Shown one piece after another: positions 1-10,781 of a DNA stretch of 64,000 bases (positions are counted from its first letter, which is position 1; the number at the start of each line of letters is the position of its first letter). The notes under the pieces were generated by a model. The model saw nothing but the letters and a program-made list of their open reading frames with translations. It was not told the origin of the DNA and did no database searches. The stretch is taken from the NCBI GenBank assembly GCA_000092065.1, contig CP000583.1; one strand, given 5' to 3'. Source of the stretch: Ostreococcus lucimarinus (lineage: Eukaryota). The position numbers and the translations under genes are program-made.

Positions 1-1429
1 CTCCTCGCACGCCTCCTCGAACGCCCTCGGTCGCATTCGCTTCGCCACGCGCTGCGCGTCCAACCCTCGTCGCACCCCTCGCGCCCACGCCATCAACCCC
101 TCCGCGGGCGCCCAGCAATAATCCCTCTCCCGCCCCCGCGTCCCGCTCGGCCCGTAAAACATCACGCAGCAGCACGCCGCCGCGAAATCCCTCCGCACCG
201 CCTCCGGCGCTCGCCCCACGTCCACGATCACGCCCGGCCACATCGGTTCCCGTCCTCGCGCGCCGACGCCTCGCGCGAACACGACGTCTCCCGCGACGTA
301 CGACGCGAGCGGCGCCGGCGAATCGTCCGCGTCGTCCGTCGCCCCCCTCGTCGGTCGCGCGCGCGTCGCGCGTCCATCGTCGCCGTCGTCGCCGTCCGTC
401 CGCGCCGTCGACGTCGACGGCATCGCGACGCGCGCGCCGCCCGCGACGGGCGCGCCCGGGAGCATCGCGCGACGCGACGCGTCGCGAACGCGCGCGCGGC
501 GCGGCGCGGCCGCGCAATGCGCCGACGTATGAAAACCCATCCGAGATCGCGCGCGTGTTTCGGGGCACGAAACACCCGCGCGCGGCGAGAGATTCGATCG
601 CGCGATCGCCACGTGCCGCGCCGACGGCCGCGCGACGCGCGATCGCGCACACCGCGCTTTTCGAACGCGCAATACGTCGATCTCGGCGAACTTCGCGAAA
701 TTCGCGCCGCGCGAAAAAAAAAGAAGCGCCGATCCGCAAAGACGGAAAAGATTTTCTCGCGCGCGCGATCGGATCTCGAACGCGGGGGATTCGCGCGATC
801 GACGACGTGAGGTTCGCGCGCGATCGATGATCGCCGACTCCAGGGTCGCGCGATCGCGCGATCGATCGATCGCGCGCGCGTGCCGCGCGCGGCCGACCGC
901 GCGCGCGCGGCCTTTCGGAACCCGCGGGCGCGCGCGCGGGAGACGACGACGCGCGAGGCGCGCGGGCGAGCGCGAGCGCGGGCGCGAGCGCGCGCGGGGG
1001 GGTTCGGTGCGAAAAAATTCGCGCGCGGCGACGTCGAGGCGCGGGCGCGGAGACGCGGTCGGCGACGGCGCGAGGGCGGTGGCGATTCATCCATCCATCG
1101 CGCCATCGAGCCATCGAGCCATCCATCGCGGCGCGGCGGGCGAGACGGGGGGCATGGGCGTGGTGTCGCGACATCGATCGACGCGCGCGCAGGCGGTGAA
1201 CGGGATGCGCGATAACGGCCTGCCGCGGAGCGACAGCGCGATGACGCTGCGGAACGCGCAGAAGGGGTCGGAGACGAGCGCGCGCGCGACGCGGGGCAAG
1301 TCGCCATCGCGCGCGGCCGGAGATCGCGGTGATCCGTGTGTGACGGACGCGAACCGGGTCGCGGCGACGGCGGCGACGCGCGGGGACGGGACGGAGACGC
1401 CGCTGGGGGGGGAGGACGAAGACGAGGAC

Positions 1430-2059
1430 ATGCTCGGGGAGGAGACGCCGTCCGCGAGGGAGCTGGTGCCGGATCGACGGTGGTACACGCTGGTGAAGAT
1501 TCACGACGACGGGTGCACGGTGGCGGTGTCGGACGCGGAGCTGGCGATGCTGGAGGCGAGCATTTTGAAGGAAAACGTGGGGGGAGGGGCGAACGCGTGG
1601 ACGCGACCGTCGTCGATGCGACCGTGCTCGAGCGAGGAAGATGGTTCGGGCGGACGATGGGCGCCGGACGACGCGGAGGAGTACGAGGAGTGCGGGGCGA
1701 GCGGACGCGGCGGGGACTCGATGTCGGCGTGGGAGGACTCGGAAGTCAGCAGACTGCCGAGCGCGGCGCCGGGCGTGGCTGGGCACACCAAACCGGGCGG
1801 TCCGTGTGATCACTGCGGTGCGTTGGACTCGCCGCAGTGGCGCCGAGGACCGGCGAGCAAGCCGATGCTGTGCAACGCGTGCGGCACCCGATACCGCAGA
1901 ACGAACAACCTGGGACCGTCGCCGTCGAGCCGCATGGCGACGCCGGAGAAACGCAAGGCGACTGCGGTACAACAAAACGACACCCCGCGTGGGAAAAAGA
2001 ACGCGCGCTGCGGTGCTATCGGTGAAAAATTTTCCCGAGCAAATGCGATGGTTTACTAA
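1430..2059 (+). CDS. GATA-type zinc-finger transcription factor; 5' boundary uncertain (ORF open from 827)
   Basis: C-x2-C-x18-C-x2-C GATA finger 'CDHCGALDSPQWRRGPASKPMLCNACGTRYRR' near the C-terminus. Stop TAA at 2057-2059 is followed by AT-rich 3' UTR. Confidence 0.55.
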   Translation: MLGEETPSARELVPDRRWYTLVKIHDDGCTVAVSDAELAMLEASILKENVGGGANAWTRPSSMRPCSSEEDGSGGRWAPDDAEEYEECGASGRGGDSMSAWEDSEVSRLPSAAPGVAGHTKPGGPCDHCGALDSPQWRRGPASKPMLCNACGTRYRRTNNLGPSPSSRMATPEKRKATAVQQNDTPRGKKNARCGAIGEKFSRANAMVY

Positions 2060-2229
2060 ATAAACCTCGCCCAACGACGTGTTGGCGTCCGGATCTTATC
2101 TTCAAGGATCTAAAATCTATTCCAACCTAATTCACCTATTCCTTTGAAGATCACAAGCAGTGGATGCAAAAATATAGAAGCCGCAAAAATGTTATTACAA
2201 ACATGAATTTAGTAGTTTACATGCGTTGC

Positions 2230-5130
2230 CTAAGCTTCACCTCTCGCGACGAGGTGCTCGCGCAGCCAGCGCTTCTTCGCGAGCAACTGCGCTTTGCGCG
2301 ATTCCAGTCTGGCGCCGTCCTCGCGCGCGGAGGCAGCCAGCCTGGAGAATTTCGAATTCGTCGATGACGCGTCGTTACCAGGGCTCGTTGACGAGACCGT
2401 TTCAACATCATTTGGCGCGTTTTGATTCATCGAAGCCTTTGACGGCGTCGGCGAGGCAAAACTGCGCAGACGATTGCCAAAGCTGCCGAGCTTGGATCCG
2501 GCGATGTCGGTTAGTTTTTCCATCTGACTCGTCAGCGAGCGGAGAGAGTTGCCCGACATCGGCGATGCGTGCGATGGATTTAGCTCACGTATTGATCCAG
2601 GTGATGTAGAGAGCGAAGAGCTCGCGTCTAGCCGACTCGTCGATGCGGCGAGTGCGGCTTGCGTGTCGCTGAGCGCCTGTGCGGACGAGTCGATGATGCT
2701 GACGTACTCCAGAACGACCTGGCTCGTGATTTTGCGAACGAACGATGACCACTCACGAAGGATTCTCACGCAAGAATTTCTCGCGCTCGCACTCAATTCT
2801 TCGATGATGTCGGCGAGTCGCTCAAAATCGTCGACGAAATCCTTTGAGCCCCGTGCGACGAGCTCGTGCTCCAACCACTCGCCCGCTTCAAAGACGAGCA
2901 ATAACGACGCGTTGGTCTGAGATAACGTGCGCGAAGATATCGCCCGCACGCTTTGTGATGTTTGCTTCTCACGCTCCAGCGCGTTCGAGCGTCGACTCAG
3001 AACCGATTCGAGCGTCTTGACGCTTTGCAAAGCCGCTCGAAGACGTCTTTCTTCATCCGCGTGCGATTGCTCCAAGCCGTCTTTTGCGCTCACACTGCCA
3101 GTCTCGCTATCGCTCGCCGCCAACGCGTCATCAATGGCAATATGCGACTTATCATACGCCTTCATAAGTTCGCGTGAGACCTGCTCGAGCTTTTTCTCCG
3201 TTGATTCCTGCTTTATCTTGTTGCGGCTCTCCGCGTTCGCCGCCCAATCGTTCACCGCGTCCTCCTCCGCGGATAATTCGTCCTTGAGTTTTGCCGTAGT
3301 CGCGCTTAAATTTTGCCTCAACCTCGGCAAGTCTTCGATCGCTTCCGTGTGCGTGCGCTTCACCATGATTCTAATTTCGTTCAACCTATTCTCCGTCTCG
3401 TTCTTATGAGACTGAAAAGACGCGGCGAGATATTCCTCGTCCGGTTCGGCGGTGATTGAAGCCTCCGCGTTTGTGTCCTCTCCGAGGTCTTCCCAACCAT
3501 CTGCTCGGGATATTTTCGGTGTGACACTTTTTTTACGCTCACCGACGAGCACGCTCACCATCCACGCGAGTTCAGCACGGATTTGTTCGAGGGACTCGAG
3601 GACAATTTCCGCCTGTTCGATTGTGACCTCAAAAATTGACTCTGTCCAAAGCGGCCACATCGATCTGTTGTACGATTGCGAAGCGAGAAACACGCTCAAA
3701 TCTGGCGCCATTTCCAACTGTTGATCCATAGTGTTGCGAAGTGTGATGACTTTTGTCGCGAATTCACCTTGAAGAAAGCGAATCTCTTCGCAAAATGATT
3801 TCAGTCGCGACTCCAGAATGGCGCGCAACGGTCGCAAAACGATTTGTTTCACGCACGTCAACACTTTATCGCCATGCTCTGTGAGCGCATTCGCGTGCGT
3901 CTCAATCGACACCACTTTGGCAAAGATTGAATTCAGCTCACTCGTTTTGAGAATAGATTCGGGTGAGTTCCTGTCATCACTCGAGTGTCGCTCACGCTGC
4001 GACTCGTTTTCGACGGGTTCGCCATTCATGTCGGAATCATGAACACTGCTCGCGAGCGATGCATCCTTGAGCATGGATAACTCATCTTTCAAATTTTCAG
4101 TCGCGCACATATTTTCGTGCGCGGCCGTCATTTTATCTCGTAGATCTCCCGAGAGTAGACCGACGTACAAGTCATCCACATCCGTCAACGCCGACACGTT
4201 TGTAATCGCGGCGGGCAACCGCACGTCGCTCGGACGTCGAAACTTCCCTCGCACGCGCGCCGTAAGTTCGTCTACTTTCGCGGGCGAAAGTTCGTTGCTC
4301 AATAACTCGCGAACTCGCGCTAGAAACGCGTCGCACTCCGCCTCATCGCACGCGTCGCCCTCGCCTTCGCTTGCCGGCGCTCGGCGCAAACTCTCGCTGC
4401 ATCGTTGCAGCAGCTCGATCGCCTCGCCCATCTCCGTGGTCGCTAAAATTGCCTGCGCGTTCCGTTCGAGCAGCGCGACGCACGCCGCAAATAGCGGCGC
4501 GCGGTGTCGGTGCCTAAACATCTCATCCCACACCTCCATCGTCGCTCGCGTCGGTAACACGTTGACGAAGAGCGTGAGCAACCACTGCCCGCTCATGATG
4601 GCCGCGATGATATCATCCGGCCCCAGCGCCCCCACGTGCAAGCCAACGCTCGGCAAACGCTCGCGCAATATCCTCATAAACACCCTCTGATCGAGTTTCG
4701 CCGCCGTCATCCCTTCCGAAAAGTACCCCGGCACGATTTCCCCCACCAGCTGCACCAGGCACCAAAACGCGTCCTCCTCGTCCAATCCCGCCAGCAACAA
4801 AAACGCCGCGATCGAGTGCATCGACTGCACGTACCCGATCTCCGGTTCGTGCGACACGAACGCCAGCAGCACTCGCTTCAGCGCGTTCCAATCCTTCGTT
4901 CCCGGCTCGCTCAGATCCAACGCGTTTCGAAACGCGCCGCCGACGCGCGGCAAATCCTTATCAATCTGCCCCGACGTCTCCGCGCTGTGCGTCTCCTCGT
5001 CCCCTCTCAGATCCACCAGCGCGCGATAGTGCCCCGGGTACGTCTCCCGCATCCCTCGCGCCGCGCTCCGCGCCCACGTCTCGCTTCGCGCCGCGTCGTT
5101 CGCGTCTCGCGCGTGCGTTTCGTTCGCCAT
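2230..5130 (-). CDS. TBC-domain Rab GTPase-activating protein with long C-terminal coiled-coil
   Basis: TBC arginine-finger motif 'IDKDLPR' and glutamine-finger 'YVQSMH'. Long heptad-rich E/K/L tail. Start taken at M 'MANETHARD' (5130); the upstream part of the ORF is Arg-rich junk. Confidence 0.75.
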   Translation of the reverse strand: MANETHARDANDAARSETWARSAARGMRETYPGHYRALVDLRGDEETHSAETSGQIDKDLPRVGGAFRNALDLSEPGTKDWNALKRVLLAFVSHEPEIGYVQSMHSIAAFLLLAGLDEEDAFWCLVQLVGEIVPGYFSEGMTAAKLDQRVFMRILRERLPSVGLHVGALGPDDIIAAIMSGQWLLTLFVNVLPTRATMEVWDEMFRHRHRAPLFAACVALLERNAQAILATTEMGEAIELLQRCSESLRRAPASEGEGDACDEAECDAFLARVRELLSNELSPAKVDELTARVRGKFRRPSDVRLPAAITNVSALTDVDDLYVGLLSGDLRDKMTAAHENMCATENLKDELSMLKDASLASSVHDSDMNGEPVENESQRERHSSDDRNSPESILKTSELNSIFAKVVSIETHANALTEHGDKVLTCVKQIVLRPLRAILESRLKSFCEEIRFLQGEFATKVITLRNTMDQQLEMAPDLSVFLASQSYNRSMWPLWTESIFEVTIEQAEIVLESLEQIRAELAWMVSVLVGERKKSVTPKISRADGWEDLGEDTNAEASITAEPDEEYLAASFQSHKNETENRLNEIRIMVKRTHTEAIEDLPRLRQNLSATTAKLKDELSAEEDAVNDWAANAESRNKIKQESTEKKLEQVSRELMKAYDKSHIAIDDALAASDSETGSVSAKDGLEQSHADEERRLRAALQSVKTLESVLSRRSNALEREKQTSQSVRAISSRTLSQTNASLLLVFEAGEWLEHELVARGSKDFVDDFERLADIIEELSASARNSCVRILREWSSFVRKITSQVVLEYVSIIDSSAQALSDTQAALAASTSRLDASSSLSTSPGSIRELNPSHASPMSGNSLRSLTSQMEKLTDIAGSKLGSFGNRLRSFASPTPSKASMNQNAPNDVETVSSTSPGNDASSTNSKFSRLAASAREDGARLESRKAQLLAKKRWLREHLVARGEA

Positions 5131-5158
5131 CGCGCGATTCGATTCGACGCGATTCGAC

Positions 5159-5240
5159 CTCCCTCGTCCCTCGTCCCTCGTCCCTCGCGCGCGATCGACG
5201 CGCGCGATCGACGCGCGCGATCGACGCGCGCGATCGACGC
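5159..5240. repeat. Tandem repeats in divergent promoter: (ccctcgt)x3.5 followed by (cgcgcgatcgacg)x4
   Basis: Direct reading of 5161-5240. Confidence 0.85.
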
Positions 5241-5559
5241 TCGCGCGCGTCCGTCTCGCGCGTCTCGCGCGCGCGCGTCTCGCGCGTCCCGCGCGTCGAC
5301 CGAACGAATCGACGCGTCCGTCTCTCGGACGTCTCGGACGCGACGATCCGTCTCGGACGCGGAGACGCGCGACGCAGCGACGGCGCGCGCACACCGCGAC
5401 GCACGCGCGACGGCGAACGACGACGAACGACGTCCGCGACGCGCGCGCGCGAGACGGCGAACGACGACGCGCGCGAGACGGCGAAAAAAGGCGCGACGCA
5501 TCGCGAGACGACGGCGAACGACGGTTTGAGTTCTCGGAGGCGAACGAGCGACGCGCGCG

Positions 5560-7548
5560 ATGCTTCGAGCGAGCGCGGCGCGACGAGACGTGCCGACGCC
5601 GGTCCTGGGGAGGTTATCGCTCGCGCGCGTGGCGCTGGTGGCGATGCGCGTGGAGCCGGAGGTGACGGAGGCGAGCGCGCGGGAGACGCTGCGGCGGGTG
5701 GTGGAATCGACGGTGCGCGCGGAGCTGCGAACGCTGCGAACGGCGTTCGGAGACGCGGCGACGGACGAGGGCGAGGGATGGCGCGATGTGCACGTGTTGG
5801 GGATGTCGAGCGAGACGTACGTGTGCGTGACGCCGCGGAAGTACGCGGAGGCGACGAAGATGGTGTGTCGGGCGACGACGAGCGACGAGAAAATTAAAGA
5901 GGCAAAGATTCCAGTGCGCGTGACGGAGGTGACGACGTGCGAGGGGAAGGATCAGATGGATGTGTTGCGGAGTTTGGTGCCGACGTTGGTTATGCAGGCG
6001 TTCGGAGAGGTGCCGCACTGGCGTGCGTTCGGGCGCACGGAGTACGGGACGCGGTTCATGTACGAAGACTTTTTCCCGTCGGTGCCGGGAGGGATGACGC
6101 ACGCCTTCGGGGTCGAGATTGAACACGGAATCAAAGTCACCAAGGCGCCGGCGACGCTGGCGCAGGACATCGGTGAAGATTGTGAAATTGAGATTCTGTT
6201 TCCAAGCATCAACGCCGTGGCGCTGCGGCTGCAACGATTTGGATCGGTGATCGACGAAATGCGACAACACGGAGTGGCGACGGCGAAAATCAGATCATTC
6301 ATCGACGGCGCCAAAGTCGTCGAGATCCACGACACGCCGATCATGGCGCAAGCGGCGCCGGAAATCGGCGTTGAAGTCGGTATCGTCGCGATTCGTCGCG
6401 AAGTTCCGCGTCCTTGCGGCTTCAAATCGATCGCAGAATTCAGAATCGCCTTCGAGTCGTCGCTCGGAACGTTTGTGCCCAGACACGCTCACACGGATGA
6501 TTCAGAGGAGGAACTTCTCGCTGATATCTGCGTTCCTGGGTGCGATAAACCTTTCTTATGGCCCGTGTCTTTGCTTCTCAAAAGCACTGGAGGTACCGAA
6601 TTTCCGGCAAGGCAGTCGCATGTGACGAACGACCACGTGCTGCGATTTCTCGAAGCCGCGCGACGCGTGAACATCGTCGACGCCCATCTTTCCTGGCTCG
6701 TCCGACGGAGCACGTTCTTGGCTCGTGAGAGCGCGCCCAAGAGTGGACCTGTCGTCCCAGATCGTGATATCTTCGTCGGCGCCTCGCACAACCGAAGCGG
6801 ATGGCCCGCGTTTTCTGCCCGAGCTAACGGGATGCCAGATTCGCTCGAGATGTGGGTCGATCCTTGGCCGCCGAATCGTAACGCGTTGCCGGATAGCATC
6901 TTCTCGCCACACGATATGGTCCCACCGAACTTTACGTCTACACCACCATCCATTCCACCAACGTTGAAAGCGCCGGGCGAAAGCAGTGATCTATTCATCG
7001 GCGAAGATTTCGACGATATCATTGATTGCGCGATGGACTTGTCTCCGTCTCGAATCGTCGCCAACGCGAGAAAGCGCATGCGCGTTGAATCTTCCGGCGA
7101 CGAAGCGCCTCCAGTGCTCGGGAGCCGCGTGACGCAGGATGGTATTCAAAAGTCACAGTTTTACAGCGTGCCAGGAGCTCCACCGATGAAGAAAAGGACG
7201 ACGCCGACGGGTCGAGAAAATCTCAAGAATCGAATCGTCGCCGCGTACGGAGTCGACAATACTGAAGTTTCCAAGCGTTTTCTCGATGTCTGTCTGCTGA
7301 TTGAGGCCGACAAACTTGATCAAATTACCGTCTCTCGGCACCATGCATTGGATGCTGCGGTGACTGACGCCCGAAACTTGATCAAATCTGTTTTGAAAAA
7401 GTATGAAGACGACGAAAACGGCAAGAATTTTGTAGAGCGATGTGGCCTTGTGCTGACGCAGATCCCGAAGGGGCGGAAGAAAGTGGAACTCATTGATTTC
7501 TTGCGAAGCGCTTTCGATCTAAAGATAAAGACGAAAACAAAGTTATAA
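5560..7548 (+). CDS. Hypothetical conserved protein (662 aa), no family recognised
   Basis: Long ORF with balanced, protein-like amino-acid composition and a lower-GC codon-usage stretch. Stop TAA at 7546-7548 before an AT-rich intergenic segment. Confidence 0.5.
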   Translation: MLRASAARRDVPTPVLGRLSLARVALVAMRVEPEVTEASARETLRRVVESTVRAELRTLRTAFGDAATDEGEGWRDVHVLGMSSETYVCVTPRKYAEATKMVCRATTSDEKIKEAKIPVRVTEVTTCEGKDQMDVLRSLVPTLVMQAFGEVPHWRAFGRTEYGTRFMYEDFFPSVPGGMTHAFGVEIEHGIKVTKAPATLAQDIGEDCEIEILFPSINAVALRLQRFGSVIDEMRQHGVATAKIRSFIDGAKVVEIHDTPIMAQAAPEIGVEVGIVAIRREVPRPCGFKSIAEFRIAFESSLGTFVPRHAHTDDSEEELLADICVPGCDKPFLWPVSLLLKSTGGTEFPARQSHVTNDHVLRFLEAARRVNIVDAHLSWLVRRSTFLARESAPKSGPVVPDRDIFVGASHNRSGWPAFSARANGMPDSLEMWVDPWPPNRNALPDSIFSPHDMVPPNFTSTPPSIPPTLKAPGESSDLFIGEDFDDIIDCAMDLSPSRIVANARKRMRVESSGDEAPPVLGSRVTQDGIQKSQFYSVPGAPPMKKRTTPTGRENLKNRIVAAYGVDNTEVSKRFLDVCLLIEADKLDQITVSRHHALDAAVTDARNLIKSVLKKYEDDENGKNFVERCGLVLTQIPKGRKKVELIDFLRSAFDLKIKTKTKL

Positions 7549-7647
7549 CAACACGACAAAGGTGATGAAGCGATGATGATTGATGATTGAATATGTAAAA
7601 AATATGTATATGAATATGCGCGCCGCTACTGTACTTGAAGAATTTCG

Positions 7648-9609
7648 TTAAAGATTCCTCAACAACGTTTCGAGTTTAGTCATCGTCTCCTCCGAAAGCG
7701 CGGACGATGGGTTAGTGTTAATATACTCTAACTCCTCGCGCATTGTTTCTGTCGCGCGCTTGACCGCCTTGGCGAGCATATCTTCGACTTCTTCCGCAGT
7801 CTTATTGTTCGCGAAACCTTTTTGGATGGCAAACAAACCGACGGTTTGCTCGGCGAGCGACGCGACCTCTCCTTGCTTTTGCTTGAGGAAACCACGAATG
7901 GCCTCGGAGCGGCTACGAAGCTTGCTTTTTTCTGTTCCAGCGCTACCAAACGTACCCATGTCGTCCGATTGCATCAAATCGAGGCGAAGTTGAAGAAAGT
8001 TGAGCGAGCGGAAAGGCCCCGCAGCGCCCGGCGCGCCGATGCGACTCACCGAATCTTTCGCGCTGATGATCCATCCTTTCGCCGGATCGTACGAATCGAC
8101 AAAAACTTGACCATCAGTGATGGACATGAACTCTTCGACCATCGGTCGCGACTGCACGAACGCGGACTCGGGAAATTCGTCATCCGCCGTGGATACGTGC
8201 GCCGCCTTGGCTTTTTCCTCGAGCGCCTTGCGCAGCTTCTCTTGCACGGCGGCAGGCATGGAGTCGAAACCCTTGATCGATTCGACGCTGCTCGGGAGCA
8301 CAGCGCCACCCGAACCGGCGCCTTCGACCCCAGATTTGAACGTCTTCTTGTACGCCCCCTTCGGATGGTACATGACGCCCATGAGCGTGATGGACCCACC
8401 CTTGAGTTCGTCGTTCATTCTAGCAACGCGTTGGAGCGTCATACCTAAGAATCTGCGACGTTCGGCGAGTGAAGCGGAAATCAACATGCCCTCGTACTCT
8501 TCCATTTGCTCTTCCGTACCCTCGGCGACGTTCAACTGCGGTGCCATGCGCGCCATATCCTTGGTGAAGTTGACCAAGCCGGTGAAATCGTCGAGCACCA
8601 AGAGGACGTCTTCGCCCAAAGCACGCGCGCCCTCCGCGATGGCGAACGCCGTGCACGTGGCCGCGTAGCGCTCGGCCTCGCTCGGTTCATCGTCCACGGT
8701 CACGATCGTGGTGTGCGACATCGCCCCGTCTCCCTCTAATCGCTTCGCGACTTCGTCGACGCGAGACGCCTGGGCGCCCAGCGCCGCGTACACGCACCGC
8801 ACGCCCGTACTCCTTTGCGCCACGATCGATGTCAATCCGAGCTCGGAAAGTCCCGTTCCCGGTTCACCGCTCACCAGCATGCACTGCCCGCGCCCGACCG
8901 GGGCCAATAAATCCACAGCCTTGATCCCCGTCACGAGCGGCGTCGTGATCGGCTTTCTTTCCTCCACGCTCGGCGGTTCGCGCATCATCTTCGACGAATC
9001 CTCCGTTCCGGTCACCATCGCCGACCCATCCCTCGCCTCCCCGAACGCGTCCACGATCTTCCCTCGCGTCGCCCTCGCGCTCGGTCCCCACACGAACTCC
9101 GTCTTGCTCGCCTCCGCCGTCTTCCCCACCGCCCTCGCGCCGTCGCCCGTCCGTCGCCGCTCCCCTCCCTCGCCGCCGTCGAACATCAGCGCGAACGTCT
9201 TCGGTTCCCGATGGCTCAGCAGCACCGCCCGTCCGCCATCCGCGAATCGCAGCACCGCTCCCGGCGGCGCCGCGCTTCGCATGCCCTCCAGCGCGACGAC
9301 GCCGCCCCGCTCCGCCCGCGCGCACGTCCCGCTGAAATTCTTCATCCGATCCTCGTCCTCCACGCTCTCCACCGTCGGCGCCGCGCTCGATCGCGCGTCC
9401 TCCGGCACGGGTTTGCCCGCGATTCGCGCCCGCGCCACCGCCTCGGTCCCGCGCGCGCGCCGCGAGACGCCGTCGCCGCGATCGCCCGGTCGGCGGCGCG
9501 TCGCCGCGATCGTCGCCGTCGCGTCGCGTCGCGCGGGCGCGGCGCGGCGCGCGACGGCGCGACACGCGCGCGCGAGCGTCATCGCGCGATGCGGCGCGAC
9601 GGCGAGCAT
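7648..9609 (-). CDS. ATP synthase F1 alpha-subunit-like protein: divergent paralog with degenerate Walker A and a mitochondrial-type presequence
   Basis: 'TGIKAVDLLAPVGRGQ' matches the alpha-subunit motif TGIKAIDxLVPIGRGQ. N-terminal beta-barrel and C-terminal helical domain are collinear with F1-alpha. The P-loop GDRQTGKT is replaced by 'GEPGTGLS', 'LLVLDD' is retained, and there are large insertions. N-terminus 'MLAVAPHRAMTLARACRAVARRAA' is presequence-like. Confidence 0.7.
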   Translation of the reverse strand: MLAVAPHRAMTLARACRAVARRAAPARRDATATIAATRRRPGDRGDGVSRRARGTEAVARARIAGKPVPEDARSSAAPTVESVEDEDRMKNFSGTCARAERGGVVALEGMRSAAPPGAVLRFADGGRAVLLSHREPKTFALMFDGGEGGERRRTGDGARAVGKTAEASKTEFVWGPSARATRGKIVDAFGEARDGSAMVTGTEDSSKMMREPPSVEERKPITTPLVTGIKAVDLLAPVGRGQCMLVSGEPGTGLSELGLTSIVAQRSTGVRCVYAALGAQASRVDEVAKRLEGDGAMSHTTIVTVDDEPSEAERYAATCTAFAIAEGARALGEDVLLVLDDFTGLVNFTKDMARMAPQLNVAEGTEEQMEEYEGMLISASLAERRRFLGMTLQRVARMNDELKGGSITLMGVMYHPKGAYKKTFKSGVEGAGSGGAVLPSSVESIKGFDSMPAAVQEKLRKALEEKAKAAHVSTADDEFPESAFVQSRPMVEEFMSITDGQVFVDSYDPAKGWIISAKDSVSRIGAPGAAGPFRSLNFLQLRLDLMQSDDMGTFGSAGTEKSKLRSRSEAIRGFLKQKQGEVASLAEQTVGLFAIQKGFANNKTAEEVEDMLAKAVKRATETMREELEYINTNPSSALSEETMTKLETLLRNL

Positions 9610-9722
9610 GCCGACGCGCGCGCGTCGTCGCGGTGTGCGGCGGCGCCGTCGCGCGCGCGTCGGCCGCACTCGCGCGCGCGCCGAAGCGCCGCGCCGCGAC
9701 GACGCGACGCCGCGACGACGCG

Positions 9723-10568
9723 ATGGCGAAGAAGAAGGCGTCTCGAACGTCGCCCGCGGTCGAGCGCGCGCCGGCGCGCGCGAGCGACGGCGCGACGGCG
9801 ACGACGGGCGCGAACTGGGCGGCGCTGAAAAAGCGCATCAACGCCGGCGCGTCGAGCGCGGCCAAGGCGGCGGCCGCGGCGCGACGCGCGCTGGAGGACG
9901 TCGACGATGCGACGCGAACGCGCGACGGCGGGCGCGACGCGAGCGCGACGCCGAGGGCGACGGGACGGAACACGGCGGTGACGGCGGTGCTGGCGCTGGA
10001 CTGCGAGATGGTCGGCGTCGGCGCGGACGGGAAGCGGTCGATCCTCGCGCGAGCGTCCATCGTGAACGAGGATGGGAACGTGATCATGGACGCGCACGTG
10101 CTGCCGACGGAGCGGGTGACGGATTACAGGACGGCGGTGTCGGGGGTGCGAGCGAAGGATTTGACGGCGGCGAACGGCGCGGTGGCGTTTAAAAAGGTGC
10201 AGGCGCAGATGAGCGAACTGCTGAGGGGACGGATATTGGTGGGGCACTCCTTGAAGAATGATATGCGGGTGCTGATGCTGGATCATCCGAAGCGAGACAC
10301 GCGGGACACGAGTTTGTATCATCCGCTGACGAGGCCGTTGCGGCCGGAGGAGCGGTGCGTTCCGGGCGCGCCTCGCGGTCGCGGATGTCGCGCCCTGCGC
10401 GATCTCGCGCGGCAGCATTTAGGGTTAGAGATTCAAAAGGGCGAGCACTCCTCCGTGGACGACGCGCGGGCGACGTTGGCGCTGTATAAAAAGTTTGCCA
10501 AGCGGTGGGAGAGCGCGCTGCGCCGCGCCGACGGTAGAGACAAATTCAAAAAGCGTCGCGTCGACTAG
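9723..10568 (+). CDS. REX4-like DEDDh 3'-5' RNA exonuclease
   Basis: Exo motifs 'ALDCEMVGVG', 'HSLKNDMRVL' and 'HSSVDDARATLALY'. ATG at 9723 lies 113 bp from the divergent minus-strand gene start. Confidence 0.75.
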   Translation: MAKKKASRTSPAVERAPARASDGATATTGANWAALKKRINAGASSAAKAAAAARRALEDVDDATRTRDGGRDASATPRATGRNTAVTAVLALDCEMVGVGADGKRSILARASIVNEDGNVIMDAHVLPTERVTDYRTAVSGVRAKDLTAANGAVAFKKVQAQMSELLRGRILVGHSLKNDMRVLMLDHPKRDTRDTSLYHPLTRPLRPEERCVPGAPRGRGCRALRDLARQHLGLEIQKGEHSSVDDARATLALYKKFAKRWESALRRADGRDKFKKRRVD

Positions 10569-10781
10569 CGTCGATTCGTTCGATTCGCGTTTAATCGTCG
10601 TTTAATCGCACGTTTGTATCACCGAATCGCCCGCGCTTCGCCGCCGCGTCGATGAGGCGAGTCGTCCCGCCGCGCCTCGCCTCGGCCCGCGACTCAAAGT
10701 CGTTGCCAGCCTCGGATCGTCACATCGAACCGCACCCCGCCCGCGCGCGCGCATCTCGCGCGCGCGACGCGACGCGAAACG

